Source of the DNA: an uncultured bacterium
Lineage (GTDB): Bacteria > SAR324 > NAC60-12
NCBI GenBank assembly: GCA_965662845.1
Contig: CBFIJD010000020.1
Span: 1 to 51,422, forward strand
DNA: 51,422 nt
Reading direction: 5' to 3'
The number at the start of each line of letters is the position of its first letter. Position 1 is the stretch's first letter. Below the pieces are notes generated by a model. It had not been told where the DNA came from and ran no database searches. It was given only the letters and a program-made list of their open reading frames with translations. The position numbers were made by a program, and so were the translations under genes. Below, in pieces: positions 36,434 through 45,753 of this stretch.

Positions 36434-37581
36434 TGCAACCCCGCTTCAAAAAAGATGGCAAAATCCGTCTCGTTCCCTCGATTGCTGTAGTCCTGCACCA
36501 CGCCTGTCTCGAACAACAAATTGTAAACCTGTAGTTTGTATCCCACCATCAACAAGGCAGTCGAGGCCTGTAAGTTGTAGTTATCTCGCTCTTCCTCCAT
36601 CGTAGACTCTGGGTCACCGACGGCAGGAAACATACTTGTTTGAATCACATTTTGGATGACAAGCGCCTGGTTGGAATACATTTGATATTCCAGACTCAAA
36701 AAACGGTGAAAGACTGAGTCTGACTGCCACGATTCGCTCTTGCCAAACATGGTCACTCCTTGCCCGAAGTACACAAACCACGGGTCAAAACCTTTAGAGA
36801 GCGTGAGCATATAACCGCGATCATCGGCCCCAGAAGTCGTTTGTCCGCCGTCGGTGCTTTCGCCGTTGCCAACTTTGTAGTTTAGCTTCACCGTGAACGC
36901 AGGCATGAGGCGACCGCCTTCTAAGAGGTTCCACTTGAAACCTAAGGTCGTATCGCCCCGTTTTCCCAGGAAGGTTTCGCCCAGAACAGGCGTCTTGTCT
37001 GCGACTAACAGCTCACCGTTGCGCGCGACGTAATATCCAAATTGATCTTTATCCGAATACGCTCGATACGCACCTTCGTTCGAAGAATTAGAGACCCCAA
37101 TTAAGTCATGGAAGGACTCAATCGTGCCGTCTCCCACCCCCCCAACCATGGAGATGAAAGGCACTTCTAATGAAAGCTCAGTCCGCCCCGTCAACCCATA
37201 TTTGAAGCGGAAGCGCTGTCGATAACTCTCGACATCAATGTAGAGCCCTAGGTTCGGAACCACCTCCCCCGAAGCGCTGTTGAAGTCGCTGGCTTGGATC
37301 CCTCGATTAAACTCGGTACGCGTAATGCTTTTAGTCCGACCTTGCGTGTTAATGAAGGTGTTGGCACCTGTAACGCTGTAGGTGATCAGTTTGCTGCCCG
37401 CTTCTAGTGTCGCGGTCGATTCTGGATACATCCAGAGGTAGGGCGAGGTGACGGGATAGTGGTTGCGAACCTCTAATGGTCCAAAGCCCGCATTTCGCGT
37501 CTTTGCCTGCGACCCTGTCGCGCTAATTATTAGGAAAAAGAGGGCGCCCCAGCCAATGTGGCGGGAAAGAAATGAGATCAT
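36427..37581 (-). CDS. Putative outer-membrane protein (DUF3187-like)
   Basis: Signal peptide; GPLEVRNHYP; ELSLEVPF...GDGTIESFHDLIG; C-terminal AGLQW; ATG 37581. Confidence 0.65.
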   Translation of the reverse strand: MISFLSRHIGWGALFFLIISATGSQAKTRNAGFGPLEVRNHYPVTSPYLWMYPESTATLEAGSKLITYSVTGANTFINTQGRTKSITRTEFNRGIQASDFNSASGEVVPNLGLYIDVESYRQRFRFKYGLTGRTELSLEVPFISMVGGVGDGTIESFHDLIGVSNSSNEGAYRAYSDKDQFGYYVARNGELLVADKTPVLGETFLGKRGDTTLGFKWNLLEGGRLMPAFTVKLNYKVGNGESTDGGQTTSGADDRGYMLTLSKGFDPWFVYFGQGVTMFGKSESWQSDSVFHRFLSLEYQMYSNQALVIQNVIQTSMFPAVGDPESTMEEERDNYNLQASTALLMVGYKLQVYNLLFETGVVQDYSNRGNETDFAIFFEAGLQW

Positions 37582-37680
37582 GAGTGGCTTCGTAACGAGG
37601 CACAAAGAGATGAGTTTCGCAGCAGCGAGAATTCTTGCGGCCAATCAAGACCCGTACCAATCATAGAACCAAGGAAGCCT

Positions 37681-38652
37681 GTGGCTAAGCTGAATGAGAT
37701 GATCAAAGAGTTTCGGCTGTCGATCGACCAAAGCATCGAAGCCCTCGCGCTCCTGATGCAGATGGAGCCGGACGAGTATGCACGCCTAGAAGAAGATTGG
37801 ATTCCGCCGCCTGATATCCTGCAGCGCCTCTGCTCGCTGTTTGAGTGGAATTATCAGGAGATCAGCCGACTCGCGCGCAACACTCCCCAACGCCGCCCAG
37901 GCGTCGCCGTCCCGGAATCAACGGCCAGCTCCCAACGCAGACCGCTGCATGAGCTGATGCGCGACGCTCGCATGGAAGTCGAGCAAACGCAGGAAGGCAT
38001 CGCCACCCTGCTCTCCATTCCCGTTGACTACTACCAAGCCCTAGAAGAAGGCGTCGCACCAAACGACGAGCTGCTACGCAAGATTTGCTCGCTCTTCAAC
38101 TGGAATTATCTCCAGATGCGGCAGCGGTTGATCTCAGACACGTCACCCAGCCTTGGCCCGTACCAACCGCCGCTTCCAGCACGGGAGATCCGCGCACGCT
38201 TCCCCGAGAAGCCTCTCCCGCCTGAATTCAACCAGCCCGCACATGGTCGGGTTTCTTTCGGAGCGCGTTTGCGCGATGCCCGCTTAGAAGTGGGTCAGAG
38301 TTTGGAGGGGATGGCCTTGCTGCTTCAGATTCCCCCCGACCTCTATGAGCAGATTGAGACCGACCAAGCGCCTTTGGACACCGAGATGCTCCGGCACATC
38401 AGCGCGTTGTTTGAGTGGAATTATCACGAAGTCATCAACCACTACAAAAGCCAGAACCGCCAACTCTGGCAGCCCAGCGTCACGCACCTCCAAGGCCCTG
38501 AACCGCACCGAGTCCGAAAATTGCAGGGCCTGCAAGACGAAATTTCAGCGGGATGGCGAGACCTGAACGTCGAGCAGCAAGACGCGCTGCTGTCGCAGAT
38601 GGAGTTAGTTCGCGACACCATTGACCGCTGGAAGATGAAAAACAAACTCTGA
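37681..38652 (+). CDS. Protein with three tandem XRE-type HTH domains
   Basis: Three copies of R....Q..E..A.LL....D.Y..(L/I)E....P...L..(L/I)..LF.WNY. Confidence 0.8.
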   Translation: MAKLNEMIKEFRLSIDQSIEALALLMQMEPDEYARLEEDWIPPPDILQRLCSLFEWNYQEISRLARNTPQRRPGVAVPESTASSQRRPLHELMRDARMEVEQTQEGIATLLSIPVDYYQALEEGVAPNDELLRKICSLFNWNYLQMRQRLISDTSPSLGPYQPPLPAREIRARFPEKPLPPEFNQPAHGRVSFGARLRDARLEVGQSLEGMALLLQIPPDLYEQIETDQAPLDTEMLRHISALFEWNYHEVINHYKSQNRQLWQPSVTHLQGPEPHRVRKLQGLQDEISAGWRDLNVEQQDALLSQMELVRDTIDRWKMKNKL

Positions 38653-38663
38653 AAGATCGCTGC

Positions 38664-39683
38664 ATGCCTTTTCTTGTGCTCTGCCTCTTACTCCTGCTGA
38701 GCGCGCCTGCTCATGGCCAAGTCTTACGTGTCAACTCTGGCAGCTATGCGGTCGCGCATCCGTTGTTCTCTTACCAATACGAATCTCTTGGCGAGACAAA
38801 GGTTTTGGATGACAACAAGACGGAACTCGCTGGGGCTCAACTCGAAATCACCAGCCGCACACGCGCCCTCAATCTCTATCTATTTGGCGTGTTCTCCGAA
38901 GAAACCAACCTCAGCTACACCAACGGAGCCGAACTTGCGTCTTCGTTTGCCCAGCAAAGCGGACTGTCCTTGAGCGCTCACGACCTACCCGACGCCCTCT
39001 ATAACGAAGGCTGGAGCGGCCACTTGCCCATCCCTCTCGGCGACTCGGGGCTCTCCCTTCGTGGCGGTGCTCGCATCGCCTCTGATCGAAGAGATCTGAG
39101 CAACGAAGATTACCACTCGCACGTCGCCGTCCTCTTCTATCCCAACCTCGAAGCCTCTGCGCGCTGGTCTTTCGGAGCGTTTCAGCAAGCTTACCTTGGC
39201 GAAATCAGCGACATCATTCCGCTCGCACAATACGAATCCACAGCAGGAGAGGTCGCGTGGTCTGTCGGCTTCCTCCACATCCCCGGATATTACGACCCGC
39301 CGGTACTGCCTTATTTTGGTCTGCAATTGGCGTCTGGAGCGCTCCTCGAAATTGAGTTGGTTTATCCACGAAGGTTGGCCCTCGCCGCGCGCTTATTTCC
39401 GCGATTGGGTGTCAGACTAGAGTTCGAGAAAGACACCACCAAGTATCGCCTCGCCAGCAACGACACCTGGGACAGCCGCATTCTGGAGCTGGCGGAGTCC
39501 AGCCAGCAGCTCAGCTTTGACCTGCAACTTCTCACCAACATTGAGCTGTCCATCGGCGCGGGCACCGTCACCGAGCGCAAGCTCGTGTTGTGGGACTCCA
39601 GCAACGCAGAAGAACTCGCCACGTTGCAGCCCGAAGACACAACATCGTCTCAACTGGGCGCCAGTCTCATCGTGCACTTCTGA
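38664..39683 (+). CDS. Putative outer-membrane beta-barrel protein
   Basis: Signal peptide ending AHG; amphipathic strands; C-terminal SLIVHF. Confidence 0.65.
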   Translation: MPFLVLCLLLLLSAPAHGQVLRVNSGSYAVAHPLFSYQYESLGETKVLDDNKTELAGAQLEITSRTRALNLYLFGVFSEETNLSYTNGAELASSFAQQSGLSLSAHDLPDALYNEGWSGHLPIPLGDSGLSLRGGARIASDRRDLSNEDYHSHVAVLFYPNLEASARWSFGAFQQAYLGEISDIIPLAQYESTAGEVAWSVGFLHIPGYYDPPVLPYFGLQLASGALLEIELVYPRRLALAARLFPRLGVRLEFEKDTTKYRLASNDTWDSRILELAESSQQLSFDLQLLTNIELSIGAGTVTERKLVLWDSSNAEELATLQPEDTTSSQLGASLIVHF

Positions 39684-39695
39684 AGGCCCCAATCC

Positions 39696-39717
39696 CTTGA
39701 CAACAGGGCTTGTCAAG
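39696..39717. promoter_or_regulatory. Palindromic operator-like site containing TTGACA on both strands
   Basis: CTTGACAA-CAGGGC-TTGTCAAG, 70 bp upstream of ATG 39788. Confidence 0.5.
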
Positions 39718-39787
39718 ATCGTTGAACTCACGCTACTTTACAAAGGTTCCATCACACTCTGCTCTAACCCTCATCCCTTAAAAGACT

Positions 39788-40924
39788 ATGGCTCTGTTCG
39801 ATAACGACAACACTCCTCCACCTCGTCAACCTACGTCGACGCCTTCTGAAAACGAAAAACCCGCGTGGATGCAACAGCTACTTTCTTGGAAAGGTGCCGT
39901 CGGTTTCGGCGTGATCGTCATCCTCGGCCTTGTCATTTTTGGTGGCAGCGACAAGCCCAAAGACCGCAACGAAGTGGTCAGCTACAGCGGTGACAGCGTG
40001 CCGGTCGGTGTGAGCGACACCCTTAATCAAGACGCAGTGAACCGCCTCGGGGTCGATTTGACCGCCAACTTAGACCCTGGTCTGGTGCCTGCCATCGTCG
40101 CCGAAGCGATGAAAGAAGTGACGCAAAAGGGCGTCTCAGAAGCAGACTTTGTCCCCTCGCTGGTGAGCGGCATTTCCAACAAAATTCGCGACATCAGCAC
40201 CATCGATCTTAACGCCGACGGGCTCGCTGACCCTGTGATCGTGATGCCAACTTCTGCGTCTTCTGATCAAGAGTTCATTCAGTTCTCCATTCGTGTCCCA
40301 GACCCCGCAGAAGTGAGCGAGCTACCCTCTGGGACCGATCAAGACGCGTGGCGTGACATCGCAGAGAATAAGTCGATCGAGATCATGACGGCTTCTGCGA
40401 CGAAGAGCGCACAAGACGAAGTCACGATGCAGTCCCAGCCGAACCCACAAGTTTACAACGCGGCGCCTGCTCCCTACTACCACCACTCACCGCCTGGACT
40501 GGGCACGATCCTGCTCACGTCTATGATGATGAGCGCGCTGTTCTCTCCTCCCTTCATGGGCTATGGGGGCTATGCCGGCGGGCCCCCCACAGCCGTCACG
40601 ACCGTAGAGCGGAGGCGCGCTGGGGCGACGTCTTCGCTAGCGTCGTCGTCACCGTCCCAGAGCACGGTGAGCAACAGCAAGGGACAGGCAGTCGGACAGT
40701 CCAACTTCAAGCAGATTCCACCTAAGACTCTGAATCAAGCGAAGACGGCTCAATTCCGAGCTCGGCAAAATGCGGCAGCGACACGCTCCGGCGGCTTCGG
40801 CAGCTCTTCGTCTAGCGTCAATCGCGCTGCGAGTGGATCGAGTATGCAACGCAGCACACCTCCGGCCTCTCGCAACAGCGCTCCCGTTCGTAGATCTGGT
40901 GGCTTCGGCAAGCGCAGGCGTTGA
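39788..40924 (+). CDS. Membrane-anchored protein with Ser/Gly-rich SGGFG tail
   Basis: TM segment at about residues 37-53; DLNADGLAD Ca-binding-like loop; two RSGGFG motifs in a low-complexity C-terminus. Confidence 0.7.
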   Translation: MALFDNDNTPPPRQPTSTPSENEKPAWMQQLLSWKGAVGFGVIVILGLVIFGGSDKPKDRNEVVSYSGDSVPVGVSDTLNQDAVNRLGVDLTANLDPGLVPAIVAEAMKEVTQKGVSEADFVPSLVSGISNKIRDISTIDLNADGLADPVIVMPTSASSDQEFIQFSIRVPDPAEVSELPSGTDQDAWRDIAENKSIEIMTASATKSAQDEVTMQSQPNPQVYNAAPAPYYHHSPPGLGTILLTSMMMSALFSPPFMGYGGYAGGPPTAVTTVERRRAGATSSLASSSPSQSTVSNSKGQAVGQSNFKQIPPKTLNQAKTAQFRARQNAAATRSGGFGSSSSSVNRAASGSSMQRSTPPASRNSAPVRRSGGFGKRRR

Positions 40925-40929
40925 CGCCG

Positions 40930-41142
40930 CTAATTGAGCGTTTCTTCTCCGTTCTCCACATCTGCCTGCAGCTTGGCCTGACGATCCTCCACTCCACGCG
41001 TCAGCACTTTGGCCAGCTGTAAGGCCTCCGCCTCCGTCATCTCAATCGACCACGAGCGATGCAAGCGGCCGTCTCGTGTCTTCAGGGTGATGAGCACGCC
41101 TGTCTCGCAGGTCCCCACTTCAAATTCCAAGTTCGCCTCCAT
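40930..41142 (-). CDS. Small hypothetical protein
   Basis: GGGAGG RBS inside the ispF 3' end; ATG 41142. Confidence 0.6.
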   Translation of the reverse strand: MEANLEFEVGTCETGVLITLKTRDGRLHRSWSIEMTEAEALQLAKVLTRGVEDRQAKLQADVENGEETLN

Positions 41143-41629
41143 AGCCTCCCTCACGTAACGATTGCAGCAAAACAACGGCTTCGGCAGCGATGCCTTCTTC
41201 TCTCCCCACGAAGCCAAGCTTCTCTGTCGTGGTCGCTTTGACAGACACCTGAGCAGGGTGGATCACCAGATCACGCGAGATATTTTCTCGCATAGCCGCG
41301 ATGTGTGGTCTCAATCGGGGGCGCTGCGCCAGCACCGTACAGTCCACATTCTGCACACCATATCCTGCTGCTTGCAGCTGCAAGTGGACCTGTCTCAATA
41401 AAGCGCGGCTGTCGGCCCCTCGGTAACGCTCATCAGTATCGGGGAAGTGTTGTCCAATGTCCCCTAAGGCCAGCGCGCCGAGCAGCGCGTCCATCAACGC
41501 ATGGAGCAAGACATCCGCGTCGGAGTGGCCTAGCAATCCCTTCTCATGGGGGATCGTGACACCTCCGAGCACGAGCGGTCGATCTGCTACCAGTTGGTGC
41601 ACATCGAAGCCTGTTCCAATGCGAAACAT
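41120..41629 (-). CDS. ispF: 2-C-methyl-D-erythritol 2,4-cyclodiphosphate synthase
   Basis: [45 protein letters not shown]. Confidence 0.98.
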   Translation of the reverse strand: MFRIGTGFDVHQLVADRPLVLGGVTIPHEKGLLGHSDADVLLHALMDALLGALALGDIGQHFPDTDERYRGADSRALLRQVHLQLQAAGYGVQNVDCTVLAQRPRLRPHIAAMRENISRDLVIHPAQVSVKATTTEKLGFVGREEGIAAEAVVLLQSLREGGYGGELGI

Positions 41630-41835
41630 TACGACAACTTCGGCGGTTTTTGTGCGCTCAACCAGCCTAAAATCATGGCTACGCCGACGCCAACGGTGCT
41701 GTACGGATTCTGGGTCACCAAAAACCAGATGGTCAAATAAGCAGCCAGCGAACCGTAACGCAGCGGGGCACTGCGCCGAAAGGCAACAATCACACGATTA
41801 GTAAAGAGATTGATGTCTTTAACGACGTTTTCCAT
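41629..41835 (-). CDS. Small membrane protein
   Basis: AGGAG RBS, two hydrophobic segments, TAATG stop/start overlap with ispF. Confidence 0.6.
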   Translation of the reverse strand: MENVVKDINLFTNRVIVAFRRSAPLRYGSLAAYLTIWFLVTQNPYSTVGVGVAMILGWLSAQKPPKLS

Positions 41836-41845
41836 GAGTCTCCTG

Positions 41846-42667
41846 TTACCAGTTGCGCAGTACGCATTGCACGTCCCGTCGCACCAATTGATGAAAGAGG
41901 GAATTATGGCCGAGGGCCGGACTGACCCGATGTCGGGCTTCATGAACTAACGTTTCAATCAACACAGCTTGTTTGGGCAGGGCGCCGATCCAAAAGTTTG
42001 AGCGATGCACCCGGATTTGTTCTTCTCCCCAATACACCCCAGCTTCGCCATACTGCACCATGTTCCCATGCACCGCAGGTTCCAGCGTGTAGTGAATTGG
42101 AACGGTCGCGAGTTTGTCGCGCATCGCAGCGGGTAGACAGTCGATTTCCTGCATGTGCTCTACATATTCTTGAATGACCGCTTGACGCGCGGGGACGTCT
42201 TCTTTCCAAACGCCAGCGACCTGCCACGCGTCGCTCAGCACCCAGAGCAGCCCAACGAGCAAGATTCCCAGCAACCATCTGGGATGCACGCGCTTCGGAG
42301 GCGCAGGCCAGTGTCGCGGATAAGCGTAACGTCGTTTCCACGCGATCCACTGGCCCCACTCTTCTTGCAATCGAAAGATCAAATCAGGCTGGGCCTGCAA
42401 CCATGCTCCAAGATGTTCTAAGGCGGGCTCTACAGCCTGCGTGTCGCACTGCAACATCCCGTTCTCTCCACAGTCTGCGCAACGGACTGTCAGAAACCGC
42501 TCTCCCCGCCCACCACGCAACAAGGCCGCCTGCAGATGCGTACTGTCGCACGCTGGACAATGCAGCTCAGCGCTTTCAGCGAGGACGTGCGATTCGGGAT
42601 TGGAGCGAGGGCGACGGGGCAGCAAGCTTGGTTCTACGCTGCGAAATGAGGAGCTTTGCAAACGCAT
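41846..42667 (-). CDS. Zn-ribbon + TM + HEXXH metalloprotease-like protein (start uncertain)
   Basis: CPAC...CADC; one TM segment; LVHEARH...GHNSLF. Confidence 0.65.
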   Translation of the reverse strand: MRLQSSSFRSVEPSLLPRRPRSNPESHVLAESAELHCPACDSTHLQAALLRGGRGERFLTVRCADCGENGMLQCDTQAVEPALEHLGAWLQAQPDLIFRLQEEWGQWIAWKRRYAYPRHWPAPPKRVHPRWLLGILLVGLLWVLSDAWQVAGVWKEDVPARQAVIQEYVEHMQEIDCLPAAMRDKLATVPIHYTLEPAVHGNMVQYGEAGVYWGEEQIRVHRSNFWIGALPKQAVLIETLVHEARHRVSPALGHNSLFHQLVRRDVQCVLRNW

Positions 42668-42694
42668 TGCACTTCAAAAACAGGTCAGTATAAT
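42667..42694 (+). promoter_or_regulatory. Sigma70-type promoter for the DUF445-like gene
   Basis: TTGCAC-N16-TATAAT. Confidence 0.55.
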
Positions 42695-42749
42695 TGCGAT
42701 TCGCGTCTCAGAACCCTAATCTTTGGCACCATGCGCACAAACGGCGAGC

Positions 42750-43496
42750 ATGCAAGAACTTGAGCGGAACCTGTGGTGGAATAAGCAAAACGTCACAAAT
42801 GGCGTAGCCCTCTTTTTGATCCTATTGGGACTCGCCTTGGGAGGGGAAGGCCTCAATCCTATTTTGAGCATGGGACTCTTCGCCCTTTCGGGCGCGGTCA
42901 CCAACTGGCTAGCAGTCTACATGCTCTTTGAGAAAATCCCAGGATTGTACGGATCGGGTGTTATCCCAGAGCGTTTTGAAGACTTCAAGACGGGAATCCA
43001 CAACTTGATGATGCAACAATTTTTCACGCCTGAGCGCGTAGGACAGTTCCTGAGAGAGTCTTCTGTAGATGGCTCCTTGCTGGCTTCCGGAGCCGACTCC
43101 CTACTGGAACAGATCGACACAGACAAAGCGTTCCGCACGATGGTCAGCGTGATTGAGGACTCCTCGTTTGGCCCAATGCTCGCCATGGCAGGAGGCCCTG
43201 CGGCGCTCGAACCTCTGAAAGAGCCCTTCCTGCAGAAGCTTCGCGCAATGTTGCGCGAGGTGCTCACCACGCCTGAATTGACCGAGGCGGTGCACGCGCA
43301 TCTGCGCCAAGACGCAGCCGGTGACGTGATGGCGGAGCGTATTGACGCGATTGTCCGCCAGCGTCTCGACGAGCTTACGCCCCAGCGTGTGAAAGAGATC
43401 ATCGAAGACATGATCCGTGCTCACTTAGACTGGCTCGTCGTGTGGGGCGGTGTCTTTGGAGGCGTGATCGGCTTGATCTCTGGCTTGGTTTTCTGA
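42750..43496 (+). CDS. DUF445-family membrane protein
   Basis: FALSGAVTNWLAVYMLFEKIPGLYGSGVIP; HLDWLVVWGGVFGGVIG. Confidence 0.85.
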   Translation: MQELERNLWWNKQNVTNGVALFLILLGLALGGEGLNPILSMGLFALSGAVTNWLAVYMLFEKIPGLYGSGVIPERFEDFKTGIHNLMMQQFFTPERVGQFLRESSVDGSLLASGADSLLEQIDTDKAFRTMVSVIEDSSFGPMLAMAGGPAALEPLKEPFLQKLRAMLREVLTTPELTEAVHAHLRQDAAGDVMAERIDAIVRQRLDELTPQRVKEIIEDMIRAHLDWLVVWGGVFGGVIGLISGLVF

Positions 43497-43502
43497 AAGC
43501 GC

Positions 43503-43599
43503 TTGCTTTTCCTAAAGAACCGCGTATTTTAACTCGTTTATTTTTTCGATTTTCCTCTCTGATTTCTTAGTGACAGCCGGCGCGCAAAGTCGACTGTCA
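43503..43599 (+). promoter_or_regulatory. Promoter and leader hairpin of rplC
   Basis: TTGCTT-N16-TATTTT (43503-43530); stem TGACAGCCGGC/GTCGACTGTCA (43571-43599; one mismatch, one G-U). Confidence 0.45.
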
Positions 43600-43626
43600 G
43601 CAGTTCTTCCCGCAGAAAAGGTTCTC

Positions 43627-44247
43627 ATGATCAATGGAATGCTGGCCCGCAAGATCGGCATGTCACAAATTTTTCAAGAAGATGGTACTGTCATCCCCGT
43701 GACCGTGCTGCAAGCCGGCCCCATGACCGTGATTCAAAAAAAGACCAAAGACCGCGATGGCTACGAAAGCCTTCAAATGGGCTTTGAAGACTTCCCCGAG
43801 CGCAAGATCAATATGCCAACCAAAGGGCACCTCAAAGGCCAAAATCCCGTACGCATTTTGCGTGAATTTCGCTCTCAAAACCATGACAGCATCGAAGTCG
43901 GCCAACAGTTCGACCAAAGCATTTTTGACGAAGGCGAGATGGTCGCAGTCACCGGAACTTCCAAAGGGCGCGGTTTCGCAGGTGTGATGAAGCGTCACGG
44001 CTTCGGCGGCCAACCAGCCAGCCACGGTCACCGCGGTAAGCGGATCCCCGGTTCAATTGGACAGTGCGCGTTCCCTTCCCGCGTCTTCAAGGGCAAGCGC
44101 ATGGCAGGCCAACACGGAAATGCCCGCGTCACGACCCAAGGTTTGACCATTGTGAAAATTATCGAAAACGAGCGCCTCGTGCTCATCAAAGGCGCAGTCC
44201 CCGGCCCGAACGGTGGCTTGGTCACCATCAACAAGGCCCAGAAATAA
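43627..44247 (+). CDS. rplC: 50S ribosomal protein L3
   Basis: KIGMSQIF, IPVTV, TGTSKGRGFAGVMKRHGF, PGSIGQ, RVFKGKRMAG, IKGAVPG; ATG 43627. Confidence 0.98.
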   Translation: MINGMLARKIGMSQIFQEDGTVIPVTVLQAGPMTVIQKKTKDRDGYESLQMGFEDFPERKINMPTKGHLKGQNPVRILREFRSQNHDSIEVGQQFDQSIFDEGEMVAVTGTSKGRGFAGVMKRHGFGGQPASHGHRGKRIPGSIGQCAFPSRVFKGKRMAGQHGNARVTTQGLTIVKIIENERLVLIKGAVPGPNGGLVTINKAQK

Positions 44248-44354
44248 GCTGCTCCGCGTCACTCCGGTGACGCATCTCCCGTCCGTCTCTCCCCTTTTGC
44301 TAATTCCTTGCATCTGTAGCTCGCCATTCACCAAGCGCTACTCCAAGGAACCCC

Positions 44355-45749
44355 ATGACAGCTGCCCCAAACCTGCAAAAACTCATTCCAGAGTTGACGC
44401 CCGACGACTTTCAAAAGATGGAAGCTTGGATTCGTCAGCACCGCATCACAGAAGTAGAGTGCCTGATCCCCGATCTCACCGGAATTGCGCGTGGCAAAAT
44501 CATGCCTGCCGACAAGTTCTTGCGCAACGAAGGGCTGCGCCTGCCAGAAAACCTCTTCTTGCAAACGGTCACGGGAGACTGGGTCGATGAGAAGCACGTG
44601 GAAGACCTCAACCCTGCTGACGCCGACATGGTCTTGCAGCCGGACCCGAGCACCATTTGTCTCGTACCTTGGGTGCAAGAGCCTACAGCCCAGGTCATCC
44701 ACGACTGCATCAAATACGATCACACCAGCATCGAAATCTCACCACGCAATGTCTTACGCCGCGTGCTCGCCCTCTATGAAGCCGAAGGTTGGCTCGTCCG
44801 TATTGCGCCTGAGTTGGAGTTCTATCTCACCAAAATCAACAAAGACCCCGACTACCCGTTGCTGCCCCCTGTAGGCCGCTCGGGCCGCCCCGAAGTCACC
44901 GGTCAATTCTATGGGATCGACGCCCTCAATGAGTTCGATCCCTTGTTCGAAGACATGTACGACTATTGCGAAGCGCAGGGACTCGACATTGACGCACTCA
45001 CGCACGAGATGGGCCCCGCTCAAATGGAGATCAACTTCCTCCACGGCGACCCGCTGCGTCTCGCAGACCACGTTTACCTCTTCAAGCGGACGATGCGCGA
45101 GACGGCCTTCCGGCATAAGGTCTACGCTACCTTCATGGCAAAACCGATGGAGAACCAGCCCGGCAGCGCGCTGCATTTGCATCAGAACCTGTTAGATCGC
45201 GAGACGGAGACCAATCTCTTCTCGCAAGACCGTGGAGACTACACACCGCAGTTCTATTCGTTTATTGCGGGGCTCCAAAAATATTTGCCGCAGTTTATGC
45301 CCATGATCGGCCCGAACGTGAACTCATACCGACGCATCACCCCCGACATCGCAGCTCCGATCAACATGCACTGGGGCATTGACAACCGTACCGTTGGACT
45401 CCGTGTCCCTGTGGCAGAGCGACAAGCGCGACGAGTGGAAAATCGCCTGCCCGGCGCAGACGCCAATCCTTATCTCGCTATGGCAGCGTCACTCGGGTGT
45501 GGCTACATGGGAATCAAGCAAGGGCTCCAGCCAGATGCTCCCCTCGAAGACAGCGCCTATTACCGCGACTTCGGCTTGCCTCGCAGCCTCTCTGAGGCCG
45601 TCGCGTTGTTTGAAGACAATGATTTGGCGCGTGAATTATTCGGCGAGAAATTTGTGCAGATTTACTCGGCAGTCAAACGCACAGAATATGAAGCCTTTTT
45701 TCAGGTCATTAGCACTTGGGAGCGAGAGTTTCTCTTGCTCAATGTCTGA
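44355..45749 (+). CDS. Glutamine synthetase-family protein (gamma-glutamylpolyamine ligase, PuuA/PauA-like)
   Basis: ITEVECLIPDLTGIARGKIMP, APELEFYL, HEMGPAQMEINF, FMAKP, WGIDNRT, RVENRLPGADANPY, WEREFLLLNV. Confidence 0.9.
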   Translation: MTAAPNLQKLIPELTPDDFQKMEAWIRQHRITEVECLIPDLTGIARGKIMPADKFLRNEGLRLPENLFLQTVTGDWVDEKHVEDLNPADADMVLQPDPSTICLVPWVQEPTAQVIHDCIKYDHTSIEISPRNVLRRVLALYEAEGWLVRIAPELEFYLTKINKDPDYPLLPPVGRSGRPEVTGQFYGIDALNEFDPLFEDMYDYCEAQGLDIDALTHEMGPAQMEINFLHGDPLRLADHVYLFKRTMRETAFRHKVYATFMAKPMENQPGSALHLHQNLLDRETETNLFSQDRGDYTPQFYSFIAGLQKYLPQFMPMIGPNVNSYRRITPDIAAPINMHWGIDNRTVGLRVPVAERQARRVENRLPGADANPYLAMAASLGCGYMGIKQGLQPDAPLEDSAYYRDFGLPRSLSEAVALFEDNDLARELFGEKFVQIYSAVKRTEYEAFFQVISTWEREFLLLNV

Positions 45750-45753
45750 GCGA

